Source: Psilocybe cubensis
Taxonomy: Eukaryota
Direction: 5' to 3'
NCBI GenBank assembly: GCA_017499595.2
Contig: CM039001.1
Coordinates: forward strand, 2,728,001-2,792,000
DNA length: 64,000 bases
In this document: positions 1 to 13,000 of the stretch, in pieces
How the letters are laid out: every line of letters starts with the position of its first letter
How positions within the stretch are numbered: the stretch's first letter is position 1
The notes under the pieces: generated by a model
The model's input: only the letters and a program-made list of their open reading frames with translations
Databases searched by the model: none
What the model was told of the DNA's origin: nothing
Program-made: the position numbers and the translations under genes

Positions 1-1061
1 AGAGAAGATAGGAGACGTGCGATGTTAGGCATTTGGATGAGTTGTTGGTCAAGAAAATTGGCTAAATTTGCAAGAGCTTGGAGTCCGGCCTGATATTGGA
101 GCTTTGCACCATATGATGTCGGAGGATTCGCTAGATAATCGTCGGCCAAATGGCAAATATCTGCGACGTGGGCATAAGTTGGCTTAGGGGTTTCCAGAGC
201 TTCGTTCGCCTGAGCATGGCGAGCCTGACAATCCCTGATAAGGACACCAAAAAGGAGGGATGCAAGAATGATTTCCCCATTGATAACGCATAGAGTTATG
301 AGAAGCTTGAACATTCTGCTAGAGCGACGTTGCCTTGACTGTCGAACCAGCCCTAAAAGGCGAATTGCAAAGCCGGTACGCTTGTCAAGCGCCTTAGAAG
401 GATCCAAGTGGAGGATGCCGGGACTTTCCAATTCTTCACGAGAGGGCAGTTCTTTTAAAGCTGACTGCGTCTGAGAGGCATGAATAAGCCCCGAATATAT
501 CGCTTCTATCGTACGGCATTGCACTCGTATTCCAGAGGAGACCATATCACTGGCAAGCTTTGAGGCCTTATCAGCCATCCCTAAGCGTAACAAACCATGA
601 AGAAGGGTGTGACAAGGAAGGCGAGGAGATACGCCAGGTGAAAAAGCGAGGGCGATTGAATCAAATTCCTTCATGGATGTGAAGCTGCCGAAAAACTTGT
701 CCGCAGTTTTTGGTAAATCTGCATACCGAATAGAATTGATGATAACATACGCGTCGGCGACGTTCTTCTCGTGAAGTAATTGACGGATGGCAAACGCAGC
801 AGCACGTCCCTGTGCAGCAAGGGTCAATGGGATATCAGAGGATGGTCCCGATTCTGCACGGTGTTCCGGGTTGGCCTCGTCAGAAGAAAGTGGCGATGGA
901 GCGTTCCGAGAAGATAATGCGGTAGAAATGGCTTGAAATTGGTGACGGATTGGGGGTATTATAGGGCGCGCCCTTGGAATTATGTTCCGGGGTGTTGAAG
1001 GCCATGGTCGAACGACCCCTCTAAACGCGAGCCCTGCTAATTTTTGCAAGGTGTGCTGCAT
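1..1061 (-). CDS. Hypothetical, probably mitochondrial protein (helical repeat/PPR-like); 3' end runs off the window
   Basis: Manual translation gives an open frame from ATG 1061 to the window edge (MQHTLQKLAGLAFRGVVRPWPSTPRNIIPRARPII...). The N-terminus is Arg-rich and acid-poor like a presequence. HTLLHGLLRLGMADKASKLASDMVSSGIRV resembles a PPR motif. Confidence 0.55.
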   Translation of the reverse strand, partial: MQHTLQKLAGLAFRGVVRPWPSTPRNIIPRARPIIPPIRHQFQAISTALSSRNAPSPLSSDEANPEHRAESGPSSDIPLTLAAQGRAAAFAIRQLLHEKNVADAYVIINSIRYADLPKTADKFFGSFTSMKEFDSIALAFSPGVSPRLPCHTLLHGLLRLGMADKASKLASDMVSSGIRVQCRTIEAIYSGLIHASQTQSALKELPSREELESPGILHLDPSKALDKRTGFAIRLLGLVRQSRQRRSSRMFKLLITLCVINGEIILASLLFGVLIRDCQARHAQANEALETPKPTYAHVADICHLADDYLANPPTSYGAKLQYQAGLQALANLANFLDQQLIQMPNIARLLSS

Positions 1062-1672
1062 ATGAATTTATGCATAACTAATAAGAATGAATGAGGAATA
1101 TATCTGATGTTCAATGAAAAGACAAACCAGGCGTTTAGGGAAGGGACCTCAGTATATAGCCTGTGGACACTGCTCGTGGTGAAAAAGTATCATGCGCGGG
1201 CTGTTCCGGGCAGACCGATGTGGCGTAGACGGTAGTTGTTAGTCCACGTGACGAACACTATATCAGTTATATTCGACGCGGCGTCGCGTCCAAGTCGCGT
1301 CTAGGCTGGCGCCACCGAGATGATCACCCTCTCCTGGAAAAATACCGTGCTTTGCACGGAAAGTTGGGAGGCAATTTATCTTGATATTTTCCAAGTGTTT
1401 TTCAGCCTCGATTACAATGTTTTCAGGCATATTTAAAAATTTTTGGGTGATCGAAAAAGCAATGTTGCTTTTGTGTTGCTTTGATTATATTGATTATTAC
1501 ATGAATGCCAGTATTATATTAGAAGTAGCACTGTTATTTGTAAATTATGTGAATGTATTGTTGGTCACGATCTCGTCATAGTACAAGTAAGTATTCGTTA
1601 TTGATTTGACGCAGGGTGAATAGGGGAAACGGTTGGTTTAAATTCCATCATTGAATGTTCATCTGTAATTGT

Positions 1673-4404
1673 TTAAAGCAAATCGTGGAGAACGCGATCA
1701 TATTGGTGAGGCATGTGAGCACTAAACGATTTGAAGAATGTAATCAGCAAAATATGTCAGATGGACGCATGGATACTAACGTTAACATGTCTCGCGCAAA
1801 AACAATCTGGGAGAAAACTTTCTCTACATCAAGGACTTCGAAGAGACGGAGTTTGCCTTTGTCCGTCCGGGCGGCGCCCTTATCTTCTGAAATTTGTTGT
1901 AACTGGTGCGATGGGTGAAGATCCCCTTCCCGCATAGCCCATAAAACACGTCCTGGAGGATACATATCCGCGTTTTGCATGTTGGCTTCCAAAGTTTTAC
2001 GTACTGAAACAAGCTAACTCCACGGTAAATCTTGCTGAACATTCCAAAGATAAAACAAAAACATACCCAATCCATATCGTCTTGCGATCCTTCACCATTC
2101 TTTATTTTCTTCGCGCGCGCGGTGACAGCAGACCACCCTTCGACCGCGTTTCCAGACTCAGCTTCACATAACCACATCGCCGCATTTTTTAGGTCCCGGA
2201 CGGAACCCAAAGAAAGACGCGAAACGATATCATGGGAATAGACAAGAGATACAATAAGCTTGTCGGATAATCGCGAAAGAGCGGCATCCGTTAGTGCACT
2301 ATCACCTATGATGAATAAAAAGTGTCGATAGCTAGAGTGAGTAAAACATACGGTGGTGCGAAAGCATACACGGAGACCCGTCTTCCAATGGGAAGACCAC
2401 TTGATCGAACAGTCAAGCAGGTCTTTGGATCGGCCCAGATCTATGAAAAATTCGTAATTGGGAATTAGGCTCAGAGTTTGACACAAAAGACATACCATTC
2501 CTAAGATAGCGGCAACGCCTGCACCTAAGCTATGACCACAGAGCACGAGATCTAAAGGCGTGATAAGATAATTCCTCGGTGCAGAGGAGAAATGGCACAA
2601 ACCATATTCCGGGTTGTTATAGAGAGCCTGTAACACAGCTTGATGGACGGGTTTGCCGACGTCGCCCATGGCTTTAGCCAACCTCAACATGCCGCCATGA
2701 ACATGATACTTGTGGTCGGAAGAGCTTTCCTCTTTCTCCGAGATTTCTGGGAACACAAATTGACCAGGCACGGGATTTTCGTCGATGTCCGAAGACGACG
2801 GCGTAGTCGCGGGCTGGAAAACATCGGGTTCGCAAGTCAGATCAACAGCAATCTCGTTTAGCGACATGGTTCCTAATTAAACACGATCAAAACCTGGAGT
2901 TATATGGCGGCTATTTAAAAATAGAAACCTCTGATGACAAGAACAACTTGTCCGCGGCCATGATCCGTTAAAACCCAAAACCGAGGCATTAAGTGCTCTT
3001 TGCCGAAGACCTAGATCAACACAAGTTATCAAAAAACGATTTCGAAATAAAGACGATGATAATCACTGCTGTGGCCTTCATTGTGTTCTTCTTCGACCTC
3101 ATGTGCGCAGCCTCCTTGTCCTTGGCCGTATGTGAATGAGACGTTGACTGTTCAAAAATTTCTTGATCGTGCTTGCCGAGCAAAACATCCCACCACGAAT
3201 ATTGCAAAAAGATTTGCGCACTCCCCAACGCCTCGGGAACATCCCCATCACCCGCAGCTTCAGCCTCAGCTGCATCCACGGCGTTTGCCAGTTGCGTTTC
3301 CTCCAGCTTCTTTTCTCGCGCCATTGAAGCTGATAACGATGTTGACGGTGGCGAAGTAGAACGTTTGGTTTCATTGCTACCCCCGAAATAACTGGTAGAA
3401 ACACCAAAGAACAGTAAGCTAGCACCACCGTACCCAGCTAGAACCATCTTGGAAAGGCGCCTCATTGTGGCTTTGAGGTCTTCATTGCTCGGCGCCAAAG
3501 GCGATATGTCGACCGGCATGCCCGCACGCGAGGGTCGATGACGATTTAAAGATATATTGGACTTGGTCCTCGACAAAAAGGCAGATTGCGCACGCGACCG
3601 TGGCTCAGGTTCCCCAATATCGGCCGCAATGATCTGTGGGCCTTGTTGGCCAGGGAAGATAACATCGGAAGTGACTCGAATACGAGATGATCTACAGGGT
3701 GCGATTGAATACTGATGGGTTGTGATGTTACGGCATATACGGAGTACCTCAGCACGTACCTATGTGTCAGGGTCCTATGTGTTTTCGGGGCAATCTTTAC
3801 ATCCATTTCTCTCAAGTACTTAAACCAGCGCTTCTCTTGCCATTCTTGGGTAACACCTTGGAGAGAGACCCAGCCGACGATTGCCCGCGCAACTTGTGTA
3901 AGTCCATACTGGTTTCCGGGCACAGTCCCATCAGCATTCTGCACCGTCCACTCCCGACGTACAAGGTCGATGAAAGAAGCCAATGAAAAGGATGCGTCGC
4001 TACTTCCTGGAAAAATTACGGCTAGTACATTGATGGAGCTATGTGCCGCCAACAAAGACGTGGATGTGATGTATTCGCTTAGATGGATGGGTGCGAGGGT
4101 AATTTGCTCTGCGATAGTCAGAGCGGTGGAAACGGCGTATCCAAATACTGGTCGAGTTACGGTACTTCCTCCAAACAGTGCTATGTCGAGAACTGTCGAG
4201 GTCAGGCCGACAGTTGCTGCGGCAAGACCTCGAGCTATAGAAAACTGAAAAAAAATAGATGAGGGACTTCGATGCTTCAGTGCGCAAAGGACATGAACTT
4301 ACTCCTAACCGAGTTCCAGCCTTGGCAGCAGAAAATCCAAAGGAAGAGGCAGAATGAGCGAGATCGATGCCCTGTCTGCTATAAGTATCCCAGTTCTTGG
4401 CCAT
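1673..4404 (-). CDS. Lipase class 3 / diacylglycerol-lipase-like alpha/beta hydrolase (multi-exon)
   Basis: Motifs VHGGML, LVLCGHSLGAGVAA (GxSxG nucleophile elbow), YSHDIVSRLSLG and C-terminal HMPHQY; GT-AG introns; start MAKNWDTYSRQ. Confidence 0.85.
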
Positions 4405-4911
4405 GCAAGTCTGAAGAAAGAAAGCAGGATGATGAAGCGCAGGTGAGCCAGCTATAAATACTTGCAATTGGCGCGTGAATTTCGAGTTCACCATGGGTTA
4501 GGGTTAATAAACGTTATAAACGTTGATTTGTTGTGACTGCAGATCAGTTGCCTCACTTGAATGCATCCACCAACTTCTGGCCAACAACAGATCAACCTCA
4601 CGTATAACATCCATTGTTCTTTGGGCGCTTCTGTTGAGCATGAAACCCTATAGAACCATGCTAAGTGAAAAGGGGCTACACTTGTGCGAGGTGTGCGAAA
4701 CAGTTCTCCAGGACATGTTTAAATCTCCTTTCCTAATTGTATATGAATACCGCGTTCGAGAACGCACATGAAAAATTGGAAAGTCTTCTCATTCTAACCT
4801 CTGATCGCTGGCTTGATTCTAATCTGTCGACCAACTTGTCAATCGCTCAACATTCGCTCACTTTTACTTTCCTTCCGCGACTGGAACATCTGACATAAAT
4901 CCTTGACCACA

Positions 4912-5804
4912 ATGAGGATATCTGCAAGAGCACAGGGAACAATCCCTGTCCCAGTGCCTATGATTAGTGCACCTCCGATAATCGACACTACACCCTACTC
5001 CCCTGCTGGATTATTGGCCGTCAAAATCTACGTTTTTGGAGGGCTTGCATTCATGATTGGTGTGGTGTTAACCGCTATCGGCTTTTGGATATACACCGTT
5101 GTAATCAGAGGTGAATATGCAGATTCACCTCCGTGGCTCGACCTGCACCCAGAGGTACGCACAGCTACTTACAAGCGGTATGAAGACTGCTCATTGATTG
5201 CTAGCGTATGCGAGAGAAAGAAAAGGCTCGCATAGCTCGTCTCAAGCAGCAGAAGGCAGAAAAAATAGAGGCCAAGAAACGCAAGCAGGAGGAAAAATTC
5301 ACTCCTCCACCTGTGCGCTATCAGCAACGTAAGGACGGCAGGAACCGTGCTTACTCGCTACCGGCTAAGCCTGCTCTACGCAAGCCGTCGGACTCTTCTT
5401 CTACCACACTCCAGATGCGCAAATCCAGCATGTCGTCCAGTCCCACTAAAGGCAAACGCGTCAGTTGGGCATCATCTACATCTACCCTTGATGTGAACGG
5501 CTGTGCGTCTGAGAAACCGATTGAGGAGAAAACCGTCGCCAGCAACCCTCGCCGACGCCGTTCAACTTCGCAATCGCAAACCTCTCTTCCTCCCCTTCCT
5601 CCTTTACCCTCGTTATACGAAATCATCCACCCCCTGCCAGAAGCGCACACATACGTTTCTCCGTCTGTCGAGCTTCGTGCCCGCCGCGGGAGACAAATGA
5701 TAGCTATGACTACACCTGAAATAGCGGCTCGATGGGCCATGCCAAACGAACCCATCACTAGCAATCAAGTTGACCCACTGGATGAATTTAAAAATCCTTG
5801 CTAG
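4912..5804 (+). CDS. Hypothetical single-pass membrane protein with basic/Ser-rich tail (two exons)
   Basis: Hydrophobic segment IYVFGGLAFMIGVVLTAIGFWIYTVVI; intron GTACGC...CTAG at about 5155-5204 joins ORF 4903-5235 to ORF 5208-5804. Confidence 0.6.
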
Positions 5805-7262
5805 GTAGAGTTGTATGACACATCAAAAATAGTCTTTTCCGTTGTGTACAGTTCTCGAAATTCCGCGGGCGAGAATATATTATATAGCCGACCTTTTTTT
5901 GCTAAAGGGAACTTGTGTAAAGCAAAGATAATCAAAATCAAAATGCAGAGAAAGTCATTATCAGACAATTTACATATCATCGGCCCGCAAAGCAAACCTT
6001 CATGGATGCAGAGAACCTTCAAATTTAAGAAGTCGATTGAAACTTCGAAAATTCCCCAAATCCGCTGAACCCATCTCCATTGTCTGTTCTACGACTAAAC
6101 GAAGGCAGAATTATCATCTTCATTCATATTCCGTCCCATCGTTGCTCATTTTGCGACTGTGATTACTCAAAACACCAAGTGTAATTAGAAATACAATCCT
6201 CAGTAACATGAGCGAGTTTTAATTGCAGTGACGGTTGCATCAAAGTTGTATTTGACTAGAACAACAATCATTCAGTTTGACACCACGCTCCGCCGATGGT
6301 TGACATTATCATCATGTTATTGGCCCGCATCCTCCGTGTATAAACCCACCTAAAACTTACTACCACTATGTTTGCCCGTCATTGTTAACTTCGGCTTTTC
6401 CCAGATTATGCGCGGCACTTAGTAATTCTAAATAGTATCAACCAGTCTACTTTTGGCTTGACACACAATCCAAGTTAATCAATATAAGCAAGTTGGTTGT
6501 ATCGAACCGCAAATACATTCCGCGGCGCATCTGACGTCTTCCTTGCACAAAGTGTCGTATCTATGATCACTATAAAAAGCCTCGACTTGTTTTGCAGGGA
6601 CGCGATCCCGTGAACGAGCCATCAATTTCTCCACCTGGCGAAGCACGATGATGCTCTAGATGAGATATATACCACTGCACCCAGGACAACCGAAGCAATC
6701 GCAGGATACGCGATCGCTTGGTTTGACTGTGGCTGGATTATGATAGCTGATTGCCAGTATTTATCAGCTTTCCAACCATATGAGTCTCCGTAAGGCAAGA
6801 CAATCCTACAGTTGGTCCGTATGCCACGGGCGAGCCTCTCAAATGTCCGATGAATCCAGCGCTGCTAGGAATCAACGAAATTTTGAAACATCCATCATGG
6901 TTTGTAGTTTAATGTCTCCGCGAAATGGTTGACAGTTGAGACTCATCACGTTGCTCTTGCCTATCACGCGCGGAGAGCGGGTCACTATCTGAACTGCAGG
7001 ACGCGTTGTTACAAACTAGATGGATGTTTGTTAATTATAACATGGATTTGTTTTCTGATATTATTAGCGATGAGAGGTGAAGACTGAGTTGGGTTGTTGT
7101 GCATCAACACTTATTAAATTAAGTCTTAACAGAATCGAATGACAAGCAAGATAAAATAGATCAAAGAGTTAAGGCATAAACTGAACCTAACTACATAAGG
7201 AAGATCAAGCAAAAATGGTGCGTCACTTGCTTTGGTGCCGTTACCTCAGCTTCTGTATTAAG

Positions 7263-9696
7263 CTAGTCATGGTGGTCACTAGTCTCTTCATCTTCCGTAG
7301 AATGCAATGCCTGCAAAATTTGTTCTTGACGGAGCCACTTCTCTGGTGGTGTGAAGTACCAACAACAGACGGCGAAGATAGTGATGCTCCCAAATATGAC
7401 ACATGCCTACGTTCAAGATCATAAATGTGAATCAAATAATTCAAAGAGAACACCCACGAAGTTGAAGTTCTCCGCAGTGACAGGGAAGTAGAAAGGGGAG
7501 AGCATGACCTAGACGAAAACTAAGACGCAAAATACGCGTAAATAAATGTGGTACTTACGGATACAACCAAAGCATTGAACAGAATGGTTACAAGATAGAA
7601 TAACTTTCTATACTTGCCAAGGTAGAAATAGGATGTTTTAAAACTGTTCGGGGTCAGGGTAAATCGCAAGAGAGCAATTAAACCGTAAGCCGCAATCGTT
7701 GGGACACCACCAGCAGAGACGAGCGACGTAAACGCGACTTGACTAGGCAGAATGCTGCAAAGAAGTGTAGCTGCAAAAAGATAGATGACCGTGACCGCAT
7801 GTTTAGGTTGCCCTTTTTCATCGACCTGCCCGATCCATTTCGACATCGGAAGCACACCATCGCGAGCGACTGCAAATACCAAGCGAGAAGCTGCCACAAT
7901 GGCGATGCTGGTGTTCTAAAAGGAAATTAAGTCACCAAAGGACAAAAAACTGGCTCGTATTTACCAAGATCAGGCCAATGACAGCAATGATAGTCATGAA
8001 GATGCTGGCCCTCTTTCCCAAAGCAACAGCGTAAAGCTGAACAAAAGGCTGAGGAGCGTTGGTAGCAAAGAAGACATCGAGGCTGGGAGTACAGAAAAGG
8101 AAAAGTATTGCTGTTACGAATCCCAAGACGCCAGTAGCGATGGCGCTTGACAAAATACCCTTTCCTGCTATGACTCTGATTATATCGCTGAGTATCTGAA
8201 TTGTAACGAAATTAAAAAATGCATAAATACCTTGCATTCTTGGTTTCTTCTGCGATGTGACCAGAGGCGTCAAATCCGGTCATTGTCCCAGCAGTGAAAA
8301 GGCTAAGTTACTGGTCATTAAGGTGAACAGTTGAGGCAAACAAAACACACACAAAGATAAAATCCAATTCCAACCAGGAGGGGCACCAGTTTCGTTAGCT
8401 GTACAAATTATGAGATCGTGATTTCTAAGTTAGTGTCTGTCCACATTACCTGTCTGGAGGAATACATCATGTGCAGATCGGAAACCGTACGTTTTCGACA
8501 CCCCAATGGGAAGCCAGATCAAACAAAGGAAAAAGTCCAGCATCATGATAAAGATAGACGCTCGGAAGACAAGAGAGTATACCCGTGGCGGGAGATAATT
8601 GATGGCAACCGCGAGTAGCAGCAGTCCTTCCGAAATGACCCAGATCAAAGACCGCCACTTGATGTTGTCGTTGCCGACACCTCCAGGATAGTCAACGTCC
8701 CAAACAGCTAGTTGGGAAACGATATAGTTGGCAGTTGTCTGGGAAAAAATTCTTAGCACAGAGTCAAGGCCAATTTCAATTGCGCTGGCAGACCTGACAA
8801 TTTCCAGCAACAAATGTCATCCAGGCGGTGCAAGACCACCAGGCAACTGTAAACCCAAAGAACCTAGCGTATTTGGGACCAGCACTCTCAGCGGCCCAGA
8901 TATAGATAGACCCGCTGAGTGGTAGTGCCGAACATATCTCAGCCAAAACGGCTGCTGTGATTGTCATAAATACTATAGTGATCAGATAAGAAGACCTGAG
9001 CTATATAAGCAAGGGGGTGGTAGCAAACAAAAAACACTGTCACCATATTGCAGCAGGGCCACCCGCTGATAAACCAAGAAAAATAGCCGATCTTGAAGGC
9101 AAGATAAGCGCCTGAAGCGTTTCCTAATAAGGGATATATCCATACCTAACTCCCCCAATAAAGTTTAAAGCACAGAAACTCGCAGCAAAACTCTCGACGA
9201 TGCTCCATGTACGATGAAGTTGCTGCAAGTGCATATTGTAAACTGGGGAAGAGCACTCGATACTGTGACAACATAACTTACTTGTTTGTATCCAAGGCTT
9301 TGCTATCAAAACCGCATGTTAGTGGTCCATGAACATCTTCGAGAGGGTAAAAAAGAACGATGACACTAGGAGGCTTCCCTACGCAGGTATAAGCGCTGTT
9401 CAGGTTCAGGCGGTATGATCTCAATCGTCCTGTGATTGTGTCTTGCTCCAAAACGTATGCGTTTTATCATATCGTTACTAGTTTAGAACAACACCAATCA
9501 CAGTCGGATACCCGCAGCCATGCCAGTGATCACCAGTTGAACGTTACCGTTGAAGCAGCTATCTTTCTCGTAGGTCATCTCCCAGGCACGTCTTTAGCAC
9601 AATTACCAATTGAAGCTCGTCCTGGTTTGTGGGAGGAGTTGAACCTGTTTCTTGACCTGCAGCCGACGCGGAAAATTTTGTATCAACGGAAGACAT
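7263..9696 (-). CDS. APC-superfamily permease (GABA/choline permease-like; probable thiamine or thiamine-precursor transporter, Thi9-like)
   Basis: DELQLQSLGYKQQLHRTWS, VLAEICSALPLSGSIYIW, GFDASGHIAEET, AASRLVFAVARDGVLP; many TM segments; TPP riboswitch in intron 1. Confidence 0.9.
9361..9532 (-). promoter_or_regulatory. TPP (thiamine pyrophosphate) riboswitch in intron 1 of the APC permease
   Basis: Minus strand reads GGCT-GCGGGT...TGAGATCATACCGCCTGAACCTGAACAGCGCTTATACCTGCGTAGGGA-AGCC. P1 GGCT/AGCC (extended by CACTGG/CTAGTG), P2 GCGG(G)T/ACCGC, long P3 CTGTGATTG/CAATCACAG, UGAGA junction, P4 CCT/AGG, P5 CAG/CTG. Confidence 0.93.
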
Positions 9697-9766
9697 GGCA
9701 CTTAGGCCGAGAGCGGTAGCAGTAGAAGGAAGAAATGAGTGAAATGGGATAAAACAGCATCTCCCC

Positions 9767-9772
9767 TTTATA
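9767..9772 (-). promoter_or_regulatory. TATA box of the APC permease gene
   Basis: TATAAA about 70 nt upstream of ATG 9696, followed by a CT-rich stretch. Confidence 0.5.
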
Positions 9773-10077
9773 TCACGGAACATTATTTGTCAGCACAAAG
9801 AACCGCGTGGGACCGTGTGGCGGTTGGAGCTAGAAAAAAAAAATCAGCTCCCCACTTCCACTGCCAGGTACACAAGGCACCGTGCCTGTGTTCTACATGA
9901 TTGTAGATAGCATTCGGATGGATCAAAGTAATAAAGGCAGTGATATAGTTGATGTGAATATATATATGAAACAAGCGGGGAATATCTGAGGCACATTCGA
10001 AAACAGGCAATTTTTTGCGATTTTACATTAAAGATCGAGTGGCACTAACGCGCACTGACTTACTGACACTCCTGAGT

Positions 10078-13000
10078 CTAAGGGATTCCAAAGCGCTAAA
10101 TAATCAATTATTAGAAACAGACGGAGATGACACTGCACATGAAATTACATACAGATTTTAATCCACGGATAAGGAGCCATTCCTCGTTGGAAACATCAGC
10201 CTTGAAAGATGTCTGCAAACAAATAGTAAGATAAGGAGTACGTTGAAGCATAGAGCCAAGTATACCTTCAATACGTCAATACTTTGGCGAGTGATATGAC
10301 TCAGAATTTCATCCTTTTCGTCGAAGTGACGGCCGAACATCTTTGCGGATTGATAAACAGCATGCTCGATTTTAACAGCAACACCAGCTCCAGCCTGAGA
10401 TTTTTTAACAATCTAGAGAATATTTTTTGTAAGGTTTCAGAAGGCAATATCGAGGAACAAATGCCACTTGCATCATAGGTCTTGTGGTTGATTTCCAACG
10501 ATGTACTAAAAAAAGTCAACAATTAGTCAGTAATTTGTTTCATAAGGGCGTACATCTTTCCAAGGTCAATGATATCTTTCTTCCCGGTAGTAGGATCGAT
10601 CTTCACGACACATAACGGTGTACCAATTCGCAATGATCCATCGAGAATGTCGACTCCAAGAATGATCGGATCTCGCTTACAAAACGCAGCGATTACTTTT
10701 AGACGACAGGGCCAAACGGCCTGAGGAGCAGCGTCTCTTCTTTTGGCTTCTGTAATTTCTGCGTTATATGCTTTGAAGGAGTCGAACAAGTGATAGATAA
10801 TATCGGCTAGTTGTAATTTTAGCACGCTTGTACCGCTACCAAGCGATAAACACAAAGTCATACCTTTGAAGAGACGGATACCCATTTCTTCGGCCAAACG
10901 CTCAGCTTCTTTGTCGATAGGAACGTCGAAGCAGAGAATACAAGCAAGTTCTTTGGCCTTTTCTAGCATGGTTGAGGCGCGCATGACATCTCGTTTAAAC
11001 ACGGGACCGATGTTGATTCCAGATACGGGGATTTTGCTGCTCTTTAAGAAATCCAGCAGAGCCTCGAGCGAACCCAAAGTGGACGCCTGTACACAAACAC
11101 CGCGGCCCGACTTGTCGATGTTTTCAAAGAGCGTAGTCAGATCAGACATGACTTCCTCCTTTAGTTCATCCTCATCGTCGTCTGGCCCAACGACAAGCAG
11201 GCGAGAACCAGCAATTGCCTTTTCCAAGTCCGGGGCGGTAATCTTGACACCAAGAGCTGCCTTAACCTCTTTATGATGAACGTACGCAGACTGAGACCAA
11301 GGTCAGAATAATCAGCCATATTACGATATCTCATGCTTACTTTAATACGAAGTTCGCGCAGGGGTTGCGGTGTCAGCAGTGCCCTGACTTGCGTTACGAT
11401 AGGTCCGTTAAGACCACAGACAACAATTTTATCGCCTTCGCGTAAGATGCCATTCGAAAGGACTACATCAATTGTTGTGCCAAGACCTTCAATGACCTTG
11501 ACTTCCAAGACAGTACACTCCAGCTCGGAGAGGTACATCAAACGATCGCTCATACGTTGTTGCGTCAAATTGACGAGGAGCATAATCATATCTGGCACAC
11601 CTTCTCCTGTGATAGCTGAGGTAGGCACCAAAGAAACATTGCGACCAAGGTTCTTGTTTTCGTAGTAAAGGCAAGCGTTGAGACCTTCTTCAGCAAAAGC
11701 CAATATGGTTTTAGACACCCGATCTTCAAATTCACGCTGCACAGAGCGGGACTGTTTGGCCAAAGACTCCTGGAAAGCACCGTCTGGTGTGGCATCCCAG
11801 CCATAAATACGATCGATCTAAAGAATAAAATGAGACCTGAAATTCGAGTTCACAAGGGAATTCCATACGCACTTTGTTGAGCGCAACTATAAATGGAGTT
11901 TTGCGATCTCGCAGAAGCCGCAGAGATTCGAGCGTCTGAGCTTCCAAGCCATGCATGATATCAACAACTAAGATGGCAATATTACACAAAGAACTTCCAC
12001 GAGATCGCAAGTTAGTAAACGACTCGTGTCCCGGTGTATCAATAATCAAAAGACCGGGAATCTTATATTCTTGTTGATTTTCCTATAACCGATGGCCTCA
12101 GAAGAAGATGCGATAACAAAAGAACAAAAGAATAATATATACCCTGTTGAGGACAGCAGTCTTCGTCTTGATTGCATCAACGGGGAAGTACGTAGCACCA
12201 ATCTGTTGCGTGATACCTCCCGCTTCGCCTTCTTGGACGTTGGTTTGACGAATCTGTTAGATAGGGTTAAAATCAGAAAATTTTCAAGTTACAAATTCTT
12301 ACTTTATCCAGCAATTTAGTTTTACCCGTGTCGACATGACCCAAAATACAACAAATAGGGCTGCGTAGATTGTCTTTACTCCTAGCGGCCAAAGCTTCCT
12401 GGTGTGCTTTTGCACGGCGGGCGGCTGCCTCGGCCTTCTTCTGCGCAGCCAACCTTTGGGCAGAGGTCAACTCGTCTTCAGACGAAGAATCATCGGAGTC
12501 AGAATCAGAATCCTCGTCAGAGTCTTCCGAGTCTTCCTCTGAAGAAGATTCTTCTACTGGTGGCTTAGCAGACGGAGCAGGCGGTTTAGTGGAAAGGCCT
12601 TTGACAGTTGTAGATGGTGCAATCTTTCCAGAGACAGGTTTTTCTGTCTTTGGAGCAGGGGCAGATATTTTCGATACGGGAACTTCCTTGGGTGCAGTTT
12701 TCGCTGCTACTTTCACAGTGATTGATCAGCGAAGTCAAGTAAGCAAAACTTTTACAACTTACCAGGTCTCTCATCCACTTCCTCTTCCTCACTTGTTGCA
12801 TCCCAGGAGTCTTTGATGTTGGAAGCTACAGGAGGCGAAGGCTCTTCGTCAGAGCTTGCTTCCCAGTCAGATTTTGGGGCATCATTAGTTTCTTTTGCCG
12901 CCGCCGGCGTAGATACTCTGGCCACCATAGGCTCTGGCGATCGCGGCCGTGAGTGAGTTGGAGATTGATCCTTAGCTCCAGGCCCTTTTTTCTTGCGATT

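Noticed and set aside
5805-7262. Hidden gene or ncRNA in the 1.4 kb gap
   Set aside because: No convincing ORF, splice chain, or tRNA/snoRNA motif could be seen by eye.
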